64,000 bases of DNA. It comes from Bacteroidota bacterium (GTDB taxonomy: Bacteria > Bacteroidota > Ignavibacteria > Kapaibacteriales > UBA2268). How positions within the stretch are numbered: position 1 is the stretch's first letter; every line of letters starts with the position of its first letter. This document shows, in pieces, positions 22,774-31,563 of this stretch. The position numbers were made by a program, and so were the translations under genes. The stretch is from contig JAKIZO010000002.1 of NCBI GenBank assembly GCA_022707965.1, positions 33,841 to 97,840 on the forward strand, given 5' to 3'. Below the pieces are notes generated by a model. The model was given only the letters and a program-made list of their open reading frames with translations, did not search any database and was not told the DNA's origin.

Positions 22774-23274
22774 ATGAAAGTGTTCTACAAAATATTATTA
22801 TTGCTGATAATTGTTGGTTCGGCAGTGGCGCAGCCGATGTCAATCACAAGCTTAACAGAGCTGTATTCGGGCAAAGACGGCTTTATCGTGCTTAATCTGA
22901 ATGATGCGGGGATTGTCCTGCGGGACCTTGTAAAGAACAAATCAGCACAGGAAGCAATAAAAACTGTAAAGAAAGTTACATTGATTAGATTTTCTACCGA
23001 GGAATTGAAAGACGAACGAAAAGCAGAAGCAATGAAAGAGGGGAAAAATTTCTTCAATCAGGTAAAAAACTTCCGTGCTTCGGACTATGAAGAGATATTG
23101 TCGTTCAGTCAGGGTTCCAATCGATTGCGTTCCTACTACAAAAAGAACGAACGTGGCGACAACGAATTCATAATGACCGTAACAGCAGAAGAGTACAACT
23201 GCCTGATAATGTATTTGAGCGGTTCGTTCACCAAAGAGGAAATATTAGAAATAGCCAAATCGATAAAGTTTTAG
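22774..23274 (+). CDS. Secreted DUF4252-like protein
   Basis: Signal peptide. Size (166 aa) and position after the sigma/anti-sigma pair are typical for DUF4252. The family assignment is from memory of its pattern only. Confidence 0.5.
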   Translation: MKVFYKILLLLIIVGSAVAQPMSITSLTELYSGKDGFIVLNLNDAGIVLRDLVKNKSAQEAIKTVKKVTLIRFSTEELKDERKAEAMKEGKNFFNQVKNFRASDYEEILSFSQGSNRLRSYYKKNERGDNEFIMTVTAEEYNCLIMYLSGSFTKEEILEIAKSIKF

Positions 23275-23293
23275 AAGGGGAATAGAAAGCGAA

Positions 23294-24166
23294 ATGCTAC
23301 TTAATCAAAAAATAATAAAGGAAGAGGAAAATAAATTTTTGAATGATAGTAATAATTCATTATTATTTGAATTGATAAATAACAAGTTCGAAAATACTGA
23401 ACAAATAAAATTAAAGCATAAAAAAACACTATTATTGAATGCAGACGTACTTGAAGAAAATTTGTTCGATAAGGAATACTTTGATTTAATAGTAACTTCA
23501 CCACCCTACAATGTTGATATTCAATACAACTCGCACAAAGATGATTTAACTTATGAAGAATATCTTGAATTTTCCGAAGCCTGGATGAGAAACTGCCTCA
23601 GGTGGACAAAACAACAAGGAAGATTTTGCTTGAACATACCTCTTGATAAAAACAAAGGTGGTCAAAAAAGTGTTGGAGCTGATTTAACAGCATTAGCTCA
23701 AAAAGTTGGCTGGAACTATCATTCTACAATCATCTGGAACGAGGGAAATATCTCACGGAGAACTGCCTGGGGGTCGTGGCTGTCCGCTGCTGCTCCTTAC
23801 GTTATCGCTCCGGTAGAGCTGATTGTAGTATTATTCAAGGGCGAGTGGAAAAAGACAACAGGTTCGAAAATTTCAGATATTTCGAAAGACGATTTTATGA
23901 AATGGACGAATGGACTTTGGACTTTTAATGGTGAAAGCAAAAAACGAATTGGGCATCCGGCACCTTTTCCGATTGAATTGCCTTATAGATGTATAAAATT
24001 ATTCAGCTACGTCGATGACCTTGTCTTAGACCCATTCGCTGGTAGTGGCACAACACTCATCGCAGCAAACAACACAAACAGATATTCTATCGGGTTGGAA
24101 ATTGATATAAAATATTGTGAATTAGCAAAAAACAGAATTATAAATGAAACGGAAATGCTTTTCTAA
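23294..24166 (+). CDS. Beta-class N4-cytosine/N6-adenine DNA methyltransferase (SPPY type, likely m4C)
   Basis: Motif IV DLIVTSPPYN precedes motif I LDPFAGSGTT (beta permutation). HPAPFPIELP motif present. Confidence 0.85.
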   Translation: MLLNQKIIKEEENKFLNDSNNSLLFELINNKFENTEQIKLKHKKTLLLNADVLEENLFDKEYFDLIVTSPPYNVDIQYNSHKDDLTYEEYLEFSEAWMRNCLRWTKQQGRFCLNIPLDKNKGGQKSVGADLTALAQKVGWNYHSTIIWNEGNISRRTAWGSWLSAAAPYVIAPVELIVVLFKGEWKKTTGSKISDISKDDFMKWTNGLWTFNGESKKRIGHPAPFPIELPYRCIKLFSYVDDLVLDPFAGSGTTLIAANNTNRYSIGLEIDIKYCELAKNRIINETEMLF

Positions 24167-24180
24167 CACTATGATAACCT

Positions 24181-24774
24181 ATGGAAAAGAAAAAAAGTAT
24201 AACTGATTTAATCATCGAGTATTTTAAAAAACATCCGAATATCGAGCTACATCATTCACCTGTCGTTGATTGGGTCGAAGAAAAATATAAATCACTATAC
24301 AACAAAAAACCAAGAGACACCTGGCGAGCGATCAGAATGTTACATCAAAAAGGTTTTCTAATTAAAGTAAAAAAAGGTGTGTATAAATACGACCCAGATT
24401 TTGCTAAAAACAGGCAAATCGAAGATTTCACACCAGAACAGAAAATTGAAATATTGAAAAGAGATGATTATAAATGTGTTATTTGCGGAAGGAGTGCAAA
24501 AGAAGGGTATGAACTTCACGTGGACCATATTTTACCAAAAGACAAAGGTGGCAAAGCTACATTAGAAAACGGTCAAACTCTTTGTTCAATATGTAATTTC
24601 AGAAAGAAAAATTATAATCAAACAGAAAGCGGGAAAAGAATGTTTATCAGGTTGTGGGAAACTGCAAAAAGAATTGGGGACACAGATACAGTTAAATTCT
24701 GCGAAGAAATATTAAAAACTTATGAAAAATTTGGAATTAACGGACATATCGAGTGGAAACAAAATAGCGAGTAA
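24181..24774 (+). CDS. HNH nuclease with an N-terminal winged-helix-like domain; putative restriction endonuclease partner
   Basis: HNH/Zn motif CVICGRS..HVDHILPKDKGG..NGQTLCSICNFRKKN. Starts 14 nt downstream of the methyltransferase stop. Confidence 0.7.
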   Translation: MEKKKSITDLIIEYFKKHPNIELHHSPVVDWVEEKYKSLYNKKPRDTWRAIRMLHQKGFLIKVKKGVYKYDPDFAKNRQIEDFTPEQKIEILKRDDYKCVICGRSAKEGYELHVDHILPKDKGGKATLENGQTLCSICNFRKKNYNQTESGKRMFIRLWETAKRIGDTDTVKFCEEILKTYEKFGINGHIEWKQNSE

Positions 24775-24808
24775 TAGAAACTCTATCTGCTAACACACAA
24801 AATTCAAT

Positions 24809-24840
24809 AGCCGCACATTCGGAAGTGTGGCTTATTTTAT
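24809..24840 (+). terminator. Rho-independent terminator-like hairpin after the HNH gene
   Basis: AGCCGCAC - ATTCGGAA - GTGTGGCT (one G-U pair), followed by TATTTTATTT. Confidence 0.6.
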
Positions 24841-24886
24841 TTCAATTGCGGTACTTAAACTTATTAGCACAGTCTTTTTATATAAT

Positions 24887-25096
24887 AAACCTTCGGAAGG
24901 TTCCAAACCTTCCGAAGGTTCTAAGCTTTGTAATTCGATAAATGCTCAATTTAAATTATATTTGTTTATACATTGTGTATTGCACAGACAGGAATGTCTG
25001 TGCTACCGTTTTTTCACTGTCCAGTCCACAGACAGGAATGTCTGTGCTACCATAATAAACCTTCCGAAGGTTCACGTCCATCGGAAGGTTATAAGC
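24887..25096. repeat. Repeat cluster: B pair (24887-24926), two direct copies of inverted module A (24983-25007, 25027-25051), B pair (25057-25096)
   Basis: CACAGACAGGAATGTCTGTGCTACC occurs twice, 44 bp apart. Lies between the HNH gene and the etfA 3' ends. Confidence 0.9.
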
Positions 25097-25145
25097 TTAA
25101 TATTTTTATAGCATTAGCAAAGTTTTATTACTTCGCAAGAAGGAA

Positions 25146-26108
25146 TTACATCTTTGCTTTTTGAATTTTTTCGGTCAATTTTGGCAAAATATCGAACAAA
25201 TCGCCCACCAAACCGTAGTCGCAATTCTTGAAAATTGGAGCGTCTTTGTCCTTGTTGATTGCCAAGATGTATTTCGAAGCGTTCATACCCGCAAGGTGCT
25301 GAATTGCCCCCGAGATACCGCACGCAACGTATAAAGTTGGCGAAACTGTTTTACCTGTTTGACCGACCTGTTCGTTGTGAGGGCGCCAACCCGCATCAAC
25401 AACTGCACGTGAAGCGCCAACAGCGCCGCCCAGAGCTTTAGCCAGATTTTCAATCAAGTGGTAATTTTCCGGTCCCTTAATTCCGCGTCCGCCCGAGACA
25501 ACAATATCGGCTTCTAAAACGTCCAATTTCCCTTCGTTTTTAGCAATATTTACTACTTTTGCGGATAAATCGCTATCGCTCAAATCGAAAGTTTTCTCTT
25601 TTATTTCAATACTGGTTGGGTTCTCGGCTGCAACAAACACATTTGGACGAAGCGAGAACACTTTCACGGGTGTTTCGCATTTGATTTTAACAACTGCTTT
25701 GCCAGCATAAACGGGTTTTTTGGCAATTAAATTGTCGCCGTCGGCTGCGAGCTCGATGCAATCAGCGATATAGCCCGCATCTAATTTTACTGCAACACGT
25801 GGGGCAACTTCCAATCCAGTGGAATTTGCAGGAAAGATAACGCAGTCGGCAGCGATTTCCTTAGCAGTCTCGGCAACAATTTTAGCGACGGCGGTGGAAG
25901 AGTGAAGTTCAATTTTTGGTGCAGAAACCAAAATTACTTCCGAAACACCGAATTTCGATGCCTGGCTTGCAACTTCTTTATTTGAGTTAATCATAATTCC
26001 GGTAACTTTTGCACCGTTGGCGATTTTGCAAGCGGCGGTTGCGATTTCTGTCGAAACGCGTTTCAAATTGTTGTTTGAAGCTTCTAAATATACTAATATA
26101 TTTTTCAT
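25146..26108 (-). CDS. etfA: Electron transfer flavoprotein alpha subunit
   Basis: C-terminal FAD-binding region (VVSGGRGI.., QVGQTGKTVSPTLYVACGISGAIQHLAGM). 320 aa. Confidence 0.9.
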   Translation of the reverse strand: MKNILVYLEASNNNLKRVSTEIATAACKIANGAKVTGIMINSNKEVASQASKFGVSEVILVSAPKIELHSSTAVAKIVAETAKEIAADCVIFPANSTGLEVAPRVAVKLDAGYIADCIELAADGDNLIAKKPVYAGKAVVKIKCETPVKVFSLRPNVFVAAENPTSIEIKEKTFDLSDSDLSAKVVNIAKNEGKLDVLEADIVVSGGRGIKGPENYHLIENLAKALGGAVGASRAVVDAGWRPHNEQVGQTGKTVSPTLYVACGISGAIQHLAGMNASKYILAINKDKDAPIFKNCDYGLVGDLFDILPKLTEKIQKAKM

Positions 26109-26117
26109 TTTTCCTCC

Positions 26118-26864
26118 TTAAATAACTTTTGCATCTTCTTTCAAAAGGCGAACAATTTCGTCGATATTGGCGTCGGTGGCTTCGAGCACTTTGCCCGCAC
26201 GAGCTTTGGATGGAATTTCCATACCGACGATAGTAGTCTTTGGTTCGGTTTTTTCTGCGTCGCGAGTGTCGATAGGTTTGGATTTAGCTTTCATAATGTC
26301 GGGAAGTTTCGGATAGCGTGGCTCATTAAGTCCCTTTTGAGCGGAAATAATGCACGGGAGCGAGCAAACGACTGTTTCTTTGCCACCTTCAACGTCGCGT
26401 TCGGCTTGGACCGAACCGTTTTCTATTTTGAGGGCAGAAACAACCGAAACCGAAGGCATACCAAGCATTTCTGCAAGCATCGAAGGCAACTGGAACGAAT
26501 CGAAGTCAATGCTCTGGCGTCCTAAAATAATTATGTCAGGATTGATTTCTCTGGCAACTTTTGCAATATTGTGGGCAACGTAGTAGGAATCGGCGGGTTC
26601 GTCGCCTTTGACGAGGACGGCTTTGTCGACGCCCATTGCAAGGGCAGTGCGAAGAACGTCGGTAGCGGCATCGGTGCCGACTGTGATTGCAGTAACGGTG
26701 CCACCATTTTTCTCACGCAAACGCAAACCTTCTTCGAGGGCGAATTCATCATAAGGATTGACTATATACTTAACACCATTTTTGTCTATGGACTTGCCGT
26801 CGCCGCCGACAATAATCCTTGTGGCTGTATCCGGAACACGTGAGACACATACCAGAATATTCAT
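26118..26864 (-). CDS. etfB: Electron transfer flavoprotein beta subunit
   Basis: MNILVCVSRVPDTATRI is the canonical EtfB N-terminus. ATG at 26864 is preceded by AAAGGAGAGAGA. The longer ORF start at 26897 was rejected. Confidence 0.9.
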   Translation of the reverse strand: MNILVCVSRVPDTATRIIVGGDGKSIDKNGVKYIVNPYDEFALEEGLRLREKNGGTVTAITVGTDAATDVLRTALAMGVDKAVLVKGDEPADSYYVAHNIAKVAREINPDIIILGRQSIDFDSFQLPSMLAEMLGMPSVSVVSALKIENGSVQAERDVEGGKETVVCSLPCIISAQKGLNEPRYPKLPDIMKAKSKPIDTRDAEKTEPKTTIVGMEIPSKARAGKVLEATDANIDEIVRLLKEDAKVI

Positions 26865-26901
26865 TCTCTCTCCTTTAATATGTTGAAAAGAATACATCTT
26901 A

Positions 26902-26909
26902 CAAATATA
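26902..26909 (-). promoter_or_regulatory. Candidate -7 element (TAnnTTTG) for etfBA
   Basis: The minus strand reads TATATTTG, 37 nt upstream of the etfB ATG. The 14-bp palindrome CTTTTTCGAAAAAG lies just upstream at 26922-26935. Confidence 0.35.
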
Positions 26910-26947
26910 ATTGATTTTTCGCTTTTTCGAAAAAGAAAATTACAAAG

Positions 26948-27233
26948 GTTAGGAGCAATTCTTGAATTGCCCCTACATATAACCTTCCGAAGATTTTTAT
27001 AAGGTAGCATAGACATTCTTGTCTGTGGGATACTCGACTGCATTATTCGCCATTAAATCCCGAAGGTTTTCCTTTATTACCAGACTTGGAACCTTCGGAA
27101 GGTTTGGAACCTTCCGAAGGTTTATATCAGGTAGCACAGACATTCTTGTCTGTGCAATACTCGACTGTATAATTCGCCATTAAATCCCAAAGGTTTTCCC
27201 TTTATTACCAGGCTTAGAACCTTCGGAAGGTTT
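26948..27233. repeat. Repeat cluster: degenerate C (26948-26977), then a tandem duplication with a 127-bp period of an A-linker-B unit (A at 27003 and 27130)
   Basis: The two units align almost base for base (..ATACTCGACTG[C/T]AT[T/A]ATTCGCCATTAAATCCC[G/A]AAGGTTTTCC..TTTATTACCAG[A/G]CTT[G/A]GAACCTTCGGAAGGTTT). Confidence 0.9.
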
Positions 27234-27334
27234 ATTAATAATATGTGATCTCGCTACGCAAAATACTATTGAATTGGGAAGTTATTCGAAAATAAAATGG
27301 TTAGGAACATTGCAAGATTGTGAAATTTAATTAG

Positions 27335-27342
27335 TATATTTG
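27335..27342 (+). promoter_or_regulatory. Candidate -7 element (TAnnTTTG) for the CcrM-like methyltransferase
   Basis: TATATTTG lies 8 nt before the ATG at 27351. This implies a near-leaderless transcript or use of the downstream ATG at 27363. Confidence 0.3.
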
Positions 27343-27350
27343 TAAAAAAA

Positions 27351-28535
27351 ATGGTTCGAACTATGGACAAGTTAGGCATTTTTGAATTGAACAAAATATA
27401 TCAGGGTGATTGCATTGAATTGATGAAAAACATACCTGATAATTCTGTTGATTTAATCTTTGCCGACCCACCTTACAATTTACAATTAAACGGCGAACTG
27501 TATAGACCAAATCAGACAAAAGTAGATGCTGTTGATGATGAATGGGATAAATTCTCGACAATGGAAGAGTATGATAAATTCACTTATTCGTGGATGCAGG
27601 AATGCCGACGAATACTTAAAAACACGGGCAGTTTTTGGGTTATTGGCACCTATCATAATATTTTTAGAGTTGGTGCTATTCTTCAAAATATTGGTTTCTG
27701 GATACTAAACGACATAATATGGATAAAAACAAATCCAATGCCAAATTTTAAAGGGACAAGGTTCAACAATGCTCACGAAACATTAATTTGGGCGACTAAA
27801 TCGAAGTCATCTAATTATACTTTTCATTATCATTCTATGAAAGCGATGAACGATGATTTGCAGATGAGAAGCGATTGGTTAATTCCTATTTGTCAGGGAA
27901 CAGAGAGAATTAAAATCAACGGGCAAAAAGCACACTCGACACAAAAACCAGCTGAGCTTTTGTATCGCATAATACTATCTACTTCAAATCCAGGTGATAT
28001 TGTGTTAGATCCATTTTGTGGAAGTGGCACTACCGCCGCTGTTGCAAAACGTCTTGGCAGAAGGTTCATCTCTTTTGATAAAGAAGAATTATACGTAAAA
28101 ATTGCTTCGGAGAGAGTTAATAAAATTAAACCTATCGATAAAAAATTACTCGAATATAAAGTAGAAAAACGAAAACCAAAGGTGCCTTTTGGAAACTTAA
28201 TTGAAAAAGGCTACATTAAAATTGGTGAGACTTTGTTTTCCCGAGATGGCAGATTTAAAGCAATTGTGTTAGCTGATGCTTCTTTGGAAGGTGACGGAAT
28301 TGTGGGGTCGATACACAAAGTAAGTGCGTATTATTTGGGCAAAGAAAGTAACAACGGTTGGAGTTTCTGGTATGTAAAACGGGATAATAAATTAATATGT
28401 ATTGATGAATTAAGACACGATTACGAAAACAGATTTTTAAAAGATGAAAATCATAATAATCAATTACAATTTGATAAAATAGAAGACTTTAGTAATGAAG
28501 CAGAAGGAGATTTTTTGAGTTATGGCAATTGTTGA
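27351..28535 (+). CDS. CcrM/M.HinfI-family beta-class N6-adenine DNA methyltransferase (predicted GANTC specificity)
   Basis: Long collinear similarity to Caulobacter CcrM as I recall it: [103 protein letters not shown], plus the CcrM-type C-terminal domain. Confidence 0.9.
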   Translation: MVRTMDKLGIFELNKIYQGDCIELMKNIPDNSVDLIFADPPYNLQLNGELYRPNQTKVDAVDDEWDKFSTMEEYDKFTYSWMQECRRILKNTGSFWVIGTYHNIFRVGAILQNIGFWILNDIIWIKTNPMPNFKGTRFNNAHETLIWATKSKSSNYTFHYHSMKAMNDDLQMRSDWLIPICQGTERIKINGQKAHSTQKPAELLYRIILSTSNPGDIVLDPFCGSGTTAAVAKRLGRRFISFDKEELYVKIASERVNKIKPIDKKLLEYKVEKRKPKVPFGNLIEKGYIKIGETLFSRDGRFKAIVLADASLEGDGIVGSIHKVSAYYLGKESNNGWSFWYVKRDNKLICIDELRHDYENRFLKDENHNNQLQFDKIEDFSNEAEGDFLSYGNC

Positions 28536-29391
28536 ATATAGCAAGTTCGCACAAATTCTGAATGAAACAATTTTTGAAAAATCAAAAGCTGATTTACTTG
28601 AAAAAATTGCTAATTCTCCAAATCGATATGTAGGTTTGTTCCGTCCGACAAAGCCCAAGGCTAAAATCTTACAAAATTTGCTTCAATCTCACGAAATTCG
28701 TTTCGGTGATGCTTTTGAACTTGTGATAGAGGAATATCTGAAAATTAAGAGTTGTTCTTTTCTGCCGAAAAGGTATACCGATAAATATGGCGAAGTTCTC
28801 AATATCGATCAATGTTTTAGCAAAGATGGTAAAATCTATTTTATCGAACAGAAAGTTAGAGACGACCACGACTCTACAAAAAAGAGAGGGCAAATACTAA
28901 ATTTTGAGAAAAAGTTGAATATTTTACTTTCTAAATATAGTGAAAATGAACTTGTTGGCATTTTTTATTTCATCGACCCTGAACTTATAAAAAATAAAAA
29001 CTACTATAAAGCCGAACTGGATAAAATGAGCATCGACTATAATGTCGAAACCCATTTATTTTACGGTAGAAGTTTGTTCGATTTTTTAGGTTTTTCTGAT
29101 GCTTGGGATGAAATATTGTTGCATTTAACAAATTGGAAAAAAGCAATTCCTGATTTGCCCGAAATTAATTTTGATATTGATGCCAAACATACTTTCGAAG
29201 AGATTAAAGACCTGAACCCAATGATATTCAGAAAACTTTTTGATAATGAAACGATTTTCAATGATATAATACTTACCTTGTTTCCGCAAAAGAAAACTCT
29301 TCGATTGTTAAACGATTATTTTTCGAACAAAACAGAGACTATTTACAAATCTTTATGCGAAAAAATAAAAAAGAAAATTGCAGAGGAATGA
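28522..29391 (+). CDS. Putative Type II restriction endonuclease (PD-(D/E)xK fold)
   Basis: Overlaps the methyltransferase stop by 14 nt. Candidate catalytic motif D-x13-E-x-K ([18 protein letters not shown]). Visibly AT-rich like its partner. Confidence 0.6.
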   Translation: MAIVEYSKFAQILNETIFEKSKADLLEKIANSPNRYVGLFRPTKPKAKILQNLLQSHEIRFGDAFELVIEEYLKIKSCSFLPKRYTDKYGEVLNIDQCFSKDGKIYFIEQKVRDDHDSTKKRGQILNFEKKLNILLSKYSENELVGIFYFIDPELIKNKNYYKAELDKMSIDYNVETHLFYGRSLFDFLGFSDAWDEILLHLTNWKKAIPDLPEINFDIDAKHTFEEIKDLNPMIFRKLFDNETIFNDIILTLFPQKKTLRLLNDYFSNKTETIYKSLCEKIKKKIAEE

Positions 29392-29410
29392 TGTTCAAAT
29401 GACGAAGGTT

Positions 29411-29514
29411 GTAGGGGCACGGCATGCCGTGCCCCTACATTGAACCTTTCATAGTTTTTTCCCTTTATTACCAGGCTTAGAACCTTCGGAAGGTTTGAAA
29501 CCTTCCGAAGGTTT
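29411..29514. repeat. Module C perfect palindrome (29411-29438) plus B pair (29475-29514)
   Basis: GTAGGGGCACGGCATGCCGTGCCCCTAC. TTTATTACCAGGCTTAGAACCTTCGGAAGGTTTGAAACCTTCCGAAGGTTT. Confidence 0.9.
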
Positions 29515-29536
29515 ATTAATAATAATCATAAATAAA

Positions 29537-29568
29537 AAAGGCTGCCCTGCGATTGAAAGGCAACCTTT
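29537..29568 (-). terminator. Rho-independent terminator-like hairpin after tonB
   Basis: AAAGGCTGCC - 12-nt loop - GGCAACCTTT (one mismatch). On the minus strand it is followed by TTTTTTATTT. Confidence 0.6.
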
Positions 29569-29591
29569 GTCCGGAAATATCTCGTAAGAAA

Positions 29592-30395
29592 CTATCTCAG
29601 TTTGAAGCGAATTGGGATAGAAACCCAGCAAGCGATTGGCTGACCGTTCTGAATTGCCGGTGTAAAGCGACCGTATTTGCGGATAGCTTCTTCGGCAGCC
29701 TGGTCGAGAAGTTTATTGTCTGAGTATTCAATAAGCATACGAGTTACGCTACCGTCTTTCGCAACGAGTACGCGAACAATAACAGTGCCCTCGACGCCAG
29801 CACGGCGAGCCAGTTCGGGATAGGTAACAAGAGATTGAAGCTTAGCTAAATCCACGCCGGGCTCTTTTTCGACGGCGATAAATTCGTCGGGTTCAGGTTC
29901 TTTTTCTTTGATATCAACTTTTACGGGAGTTTTTGCAGCGTCGAAATCAATATTAGCAGCAAAACCACCCATATCAACACCATCACCACCAGCGGCAGAA
30001 GCGCGAGCAATATCCTTAACCGTAGCGAAATCTTTCAAATCAGGAGAGATTTGAGCATCAGGAACAGGCACAGGAGTACCTGCACGAGCGGCCGGACCAG
30101 TGTTCAGCATAGTCTGAGTTGGGGGAGGAGGAGCATCCATAGCAGATTCGTCCGTCGGTGGAGGCAAGTTTTCAAGGTTAAGCCTAACCATCGGAGCCAG
30201 CTTCGGCGCTTTGCTTCTTTGCTCTTCGATTTTCTGGAAAATATAGAAAGTAATCAAGAATATAGCAAGCAGAGCTATAGATACCAGCAGACCGCGAATT
30301 GTATAGCGGCGGATAAATGCTTTAAGTTCCGCTGCGCCATACGGACACGGCAGTGGTATTTCATCGATAGGAACATTTCCAACTTTTGCTTCCAT
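29592..30395 (-). CDS. tonB: TonB-family energy transducer
   Basis: N-terminal TM anchor, Pro-rich spacer (PPPTDESAMDAPPPP) and C-terminal TonB domain (YPELARRAGVEGTVIVRVLV..DGSV). Confidence 0.85.
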   Translation of the reverse strand: MEAKVGNVPIDEIPLPCPYGAAELKAFIRRYTIRGLLVSIALLAIFLITFYIFQKIEEQRSKAPKLAPMVRLNLENLPPPTDESAMDAPPPPTQTMLNTGPAARAGTPVPVPDAQISPDLKDFATVKDIARASAAGGDGVDMGGFAANIDFDAAKTPVKVDIKEKEPEPDEFIAVEKEPGVDLAKLQSLVTYPELARRAGVEGTVIVRVLVAKDGSVTRMLIEYSDNKLLDQAAEEAIRKYGRFTPAIQNGQPIACWVSIPIRFKLR

Positions 30396-30397
30396 AA

Positions 30398-30967
30398 CTA
30401 CAACTCCGCTAATTTTTTAATGTCTTCTTCAAGCATTGGAGCGATAGTAAATCTACGCTCACGTTTTTTCGGCTGCCCGTTCTCATCAAGTTCTTTTGCA
30501 ATTTCTTCGGTAATTTTAACTTCCGCAAGATTTAACTCATCAAGAACTTTGATAACCATATCATAAGTAGCGTCGTCGGAGATTTTCAGTGAAGTAATAA
30601 GGCGATTGCGAACATTCGGCATAAGGTTCTCGCGTTCGGCTAAGGCACGCACTTCTTTTAGTTCAATTGGTTGTGGGTCGTCGCTGCCTTTTGAGTAGAA
30701 CAATTTATCGTCGTCACGAATAAAAATTTGTAAAAGTTCTGATTCGCGCACTTCTACTTGCTTAACAATCTCCGGTGGGATAGACATCTCCATTACTTGT
30801 GGAGCAGCCAAAGTGGTTGCAAACATAAAGAACGTCAAAAGCAGGAAGGTAATATCTACCAGAGGCGTCATATCGATATGAAAGCCGATACGCTTCATCT
30901 TCTTTCTTTTCGACGCCTTTCCTCTTTTGGCACGTTCTACTTTTAATTGACCACCACCACCAGCCAT
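30398..30967 (-). CDS. exbD: ExbD/TolR-family biopolymer transport protein
   Basis: IDMTPLVDITFLLLTFFM signature TM segment. 189 aa. Confidence 0.85.
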   Translation of the reverse strand: MAGGGGQLKVERAKRGKASKRKKMKRIGFHIDMTPLVDITFLLLTFFMFATTLAAPQVMEMSIPPEIVKQVEVRESELLQIFIRDDDKLFYSKGSDDPQPIELKEVRALAERENLMPNVRNRLITSLKISDDATYDMVIKVLDELNLAEVKITEEIAKELDENGQPKKRERRFTIAPMLEEDIKKLAEL

Positions 30968-31019
30968 TTATTTTCTCCTTAGTATTCTAATTAAAATAAC
31001 AATTAATTAGTTAAATTAG

Positions 31020-31532
31020 TTACTGTTTTTTATCAGTAACGTAATTGAACATCGTAGCTCGATTGCGGCGAAGAATATCCATCGCATCGGCTATCCATTT
31101 AAATTTCAGATTCTTATCAGCATCGATAGCAAACTTTGTCGCAGGGCGAACCACACGAGTAGCAAGCACCAATTCGTTGAGCATATCTTTGTCGACGGGC
31201 AATTGGTGTTTCGAGAGCAATTCAGGTGTAAAGTTTGGTATTTTTTGCCAAACAGCCTGACGGTCTGCCTCGTTTAGCACTTCGTAATAATACATTGTGT
31301 CGTTTGTTGCGCTATCGATGGCAACTTTTATTATTGCTAAATCTTTATCGGGCATTGTTGCTGTATCGACAGGAGTCGAAGCTGGTCTTTTGATTACAAA
31401 TTTCTGCTCGCTTTCTGCTTGTGTCTTGAATTTAGCAGTAAACATAAAGAAAGTAAGCAGAAGGAATGTAATATCGACCAGTGGGGTCATGTCTATTACA
31501 AAACCTATCCTTTTCTTTTTAACTTTAGCCAC
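31020..31532 (-). CDS. exbD: ExbD/TolR-family biopolymer transport protein (second copy)
   Basis: IDMTPLVDITFLLLTFFM signature. 170 aa. Confidence 0.85.
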   Translation of the reverse strand: MAKVKKKRIGFVIDMTPLVDITFLLLTFFMFTAKFKTQAESEQKFVIKRPASTPVDTATMPDKDLAIIKVAIDSATNDTMYYYEVLNEADRQAVWQKIPNFTPELLSKHQLPVDKDMLNELVLATRVVRPATKFAIDADKNLKFKWIADAMDILRRNRATMFNYVTDKKQ

Positions 31533-31563
31533 TTGCAGACTCCTTTTCTGCTAATTAGAAAAA

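Noticed and set aside
24827-25164. Two overlapping small ORFs (94 and 63 aa) with KPSEGSKPSEGSK and HRQECLCY motifs
   Set aside because: They are composed entirely of repeat modules A and B. The same pseudo-peptides appear in other repeat clusters in different frames and on different strands.
26865-26897. N-terminal extension of etfB (MYSFQHIKGER..)
   Set aside because: The canonical EtfB N-terminus begins at MNILVC, and that ATG has a strong GGAG-type RBS. The extension has none.
23294-29514. Calling the R-M / etfBA region a mobile genetic element or genomic island with defined ends
   Set aside because: No integrase, transposase, tRNA attachment site or long direct repeats define any boundaries. 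Only the short intergenic repeat family is present, and it also occurs around core genes.
29449-29631. 60-aa ORF on the minus strand (..KPSEGFKPSEGSKPGNKGKKL)
   Set aside because: Repeat-derived. It overlaps the tonB terminator and the tonB 3' end.
30051-30566. 171-aa ORF on the plus strand
   Set aside because: Antisense to tonB and exbD, Ser/Arg-rich with no motifs.
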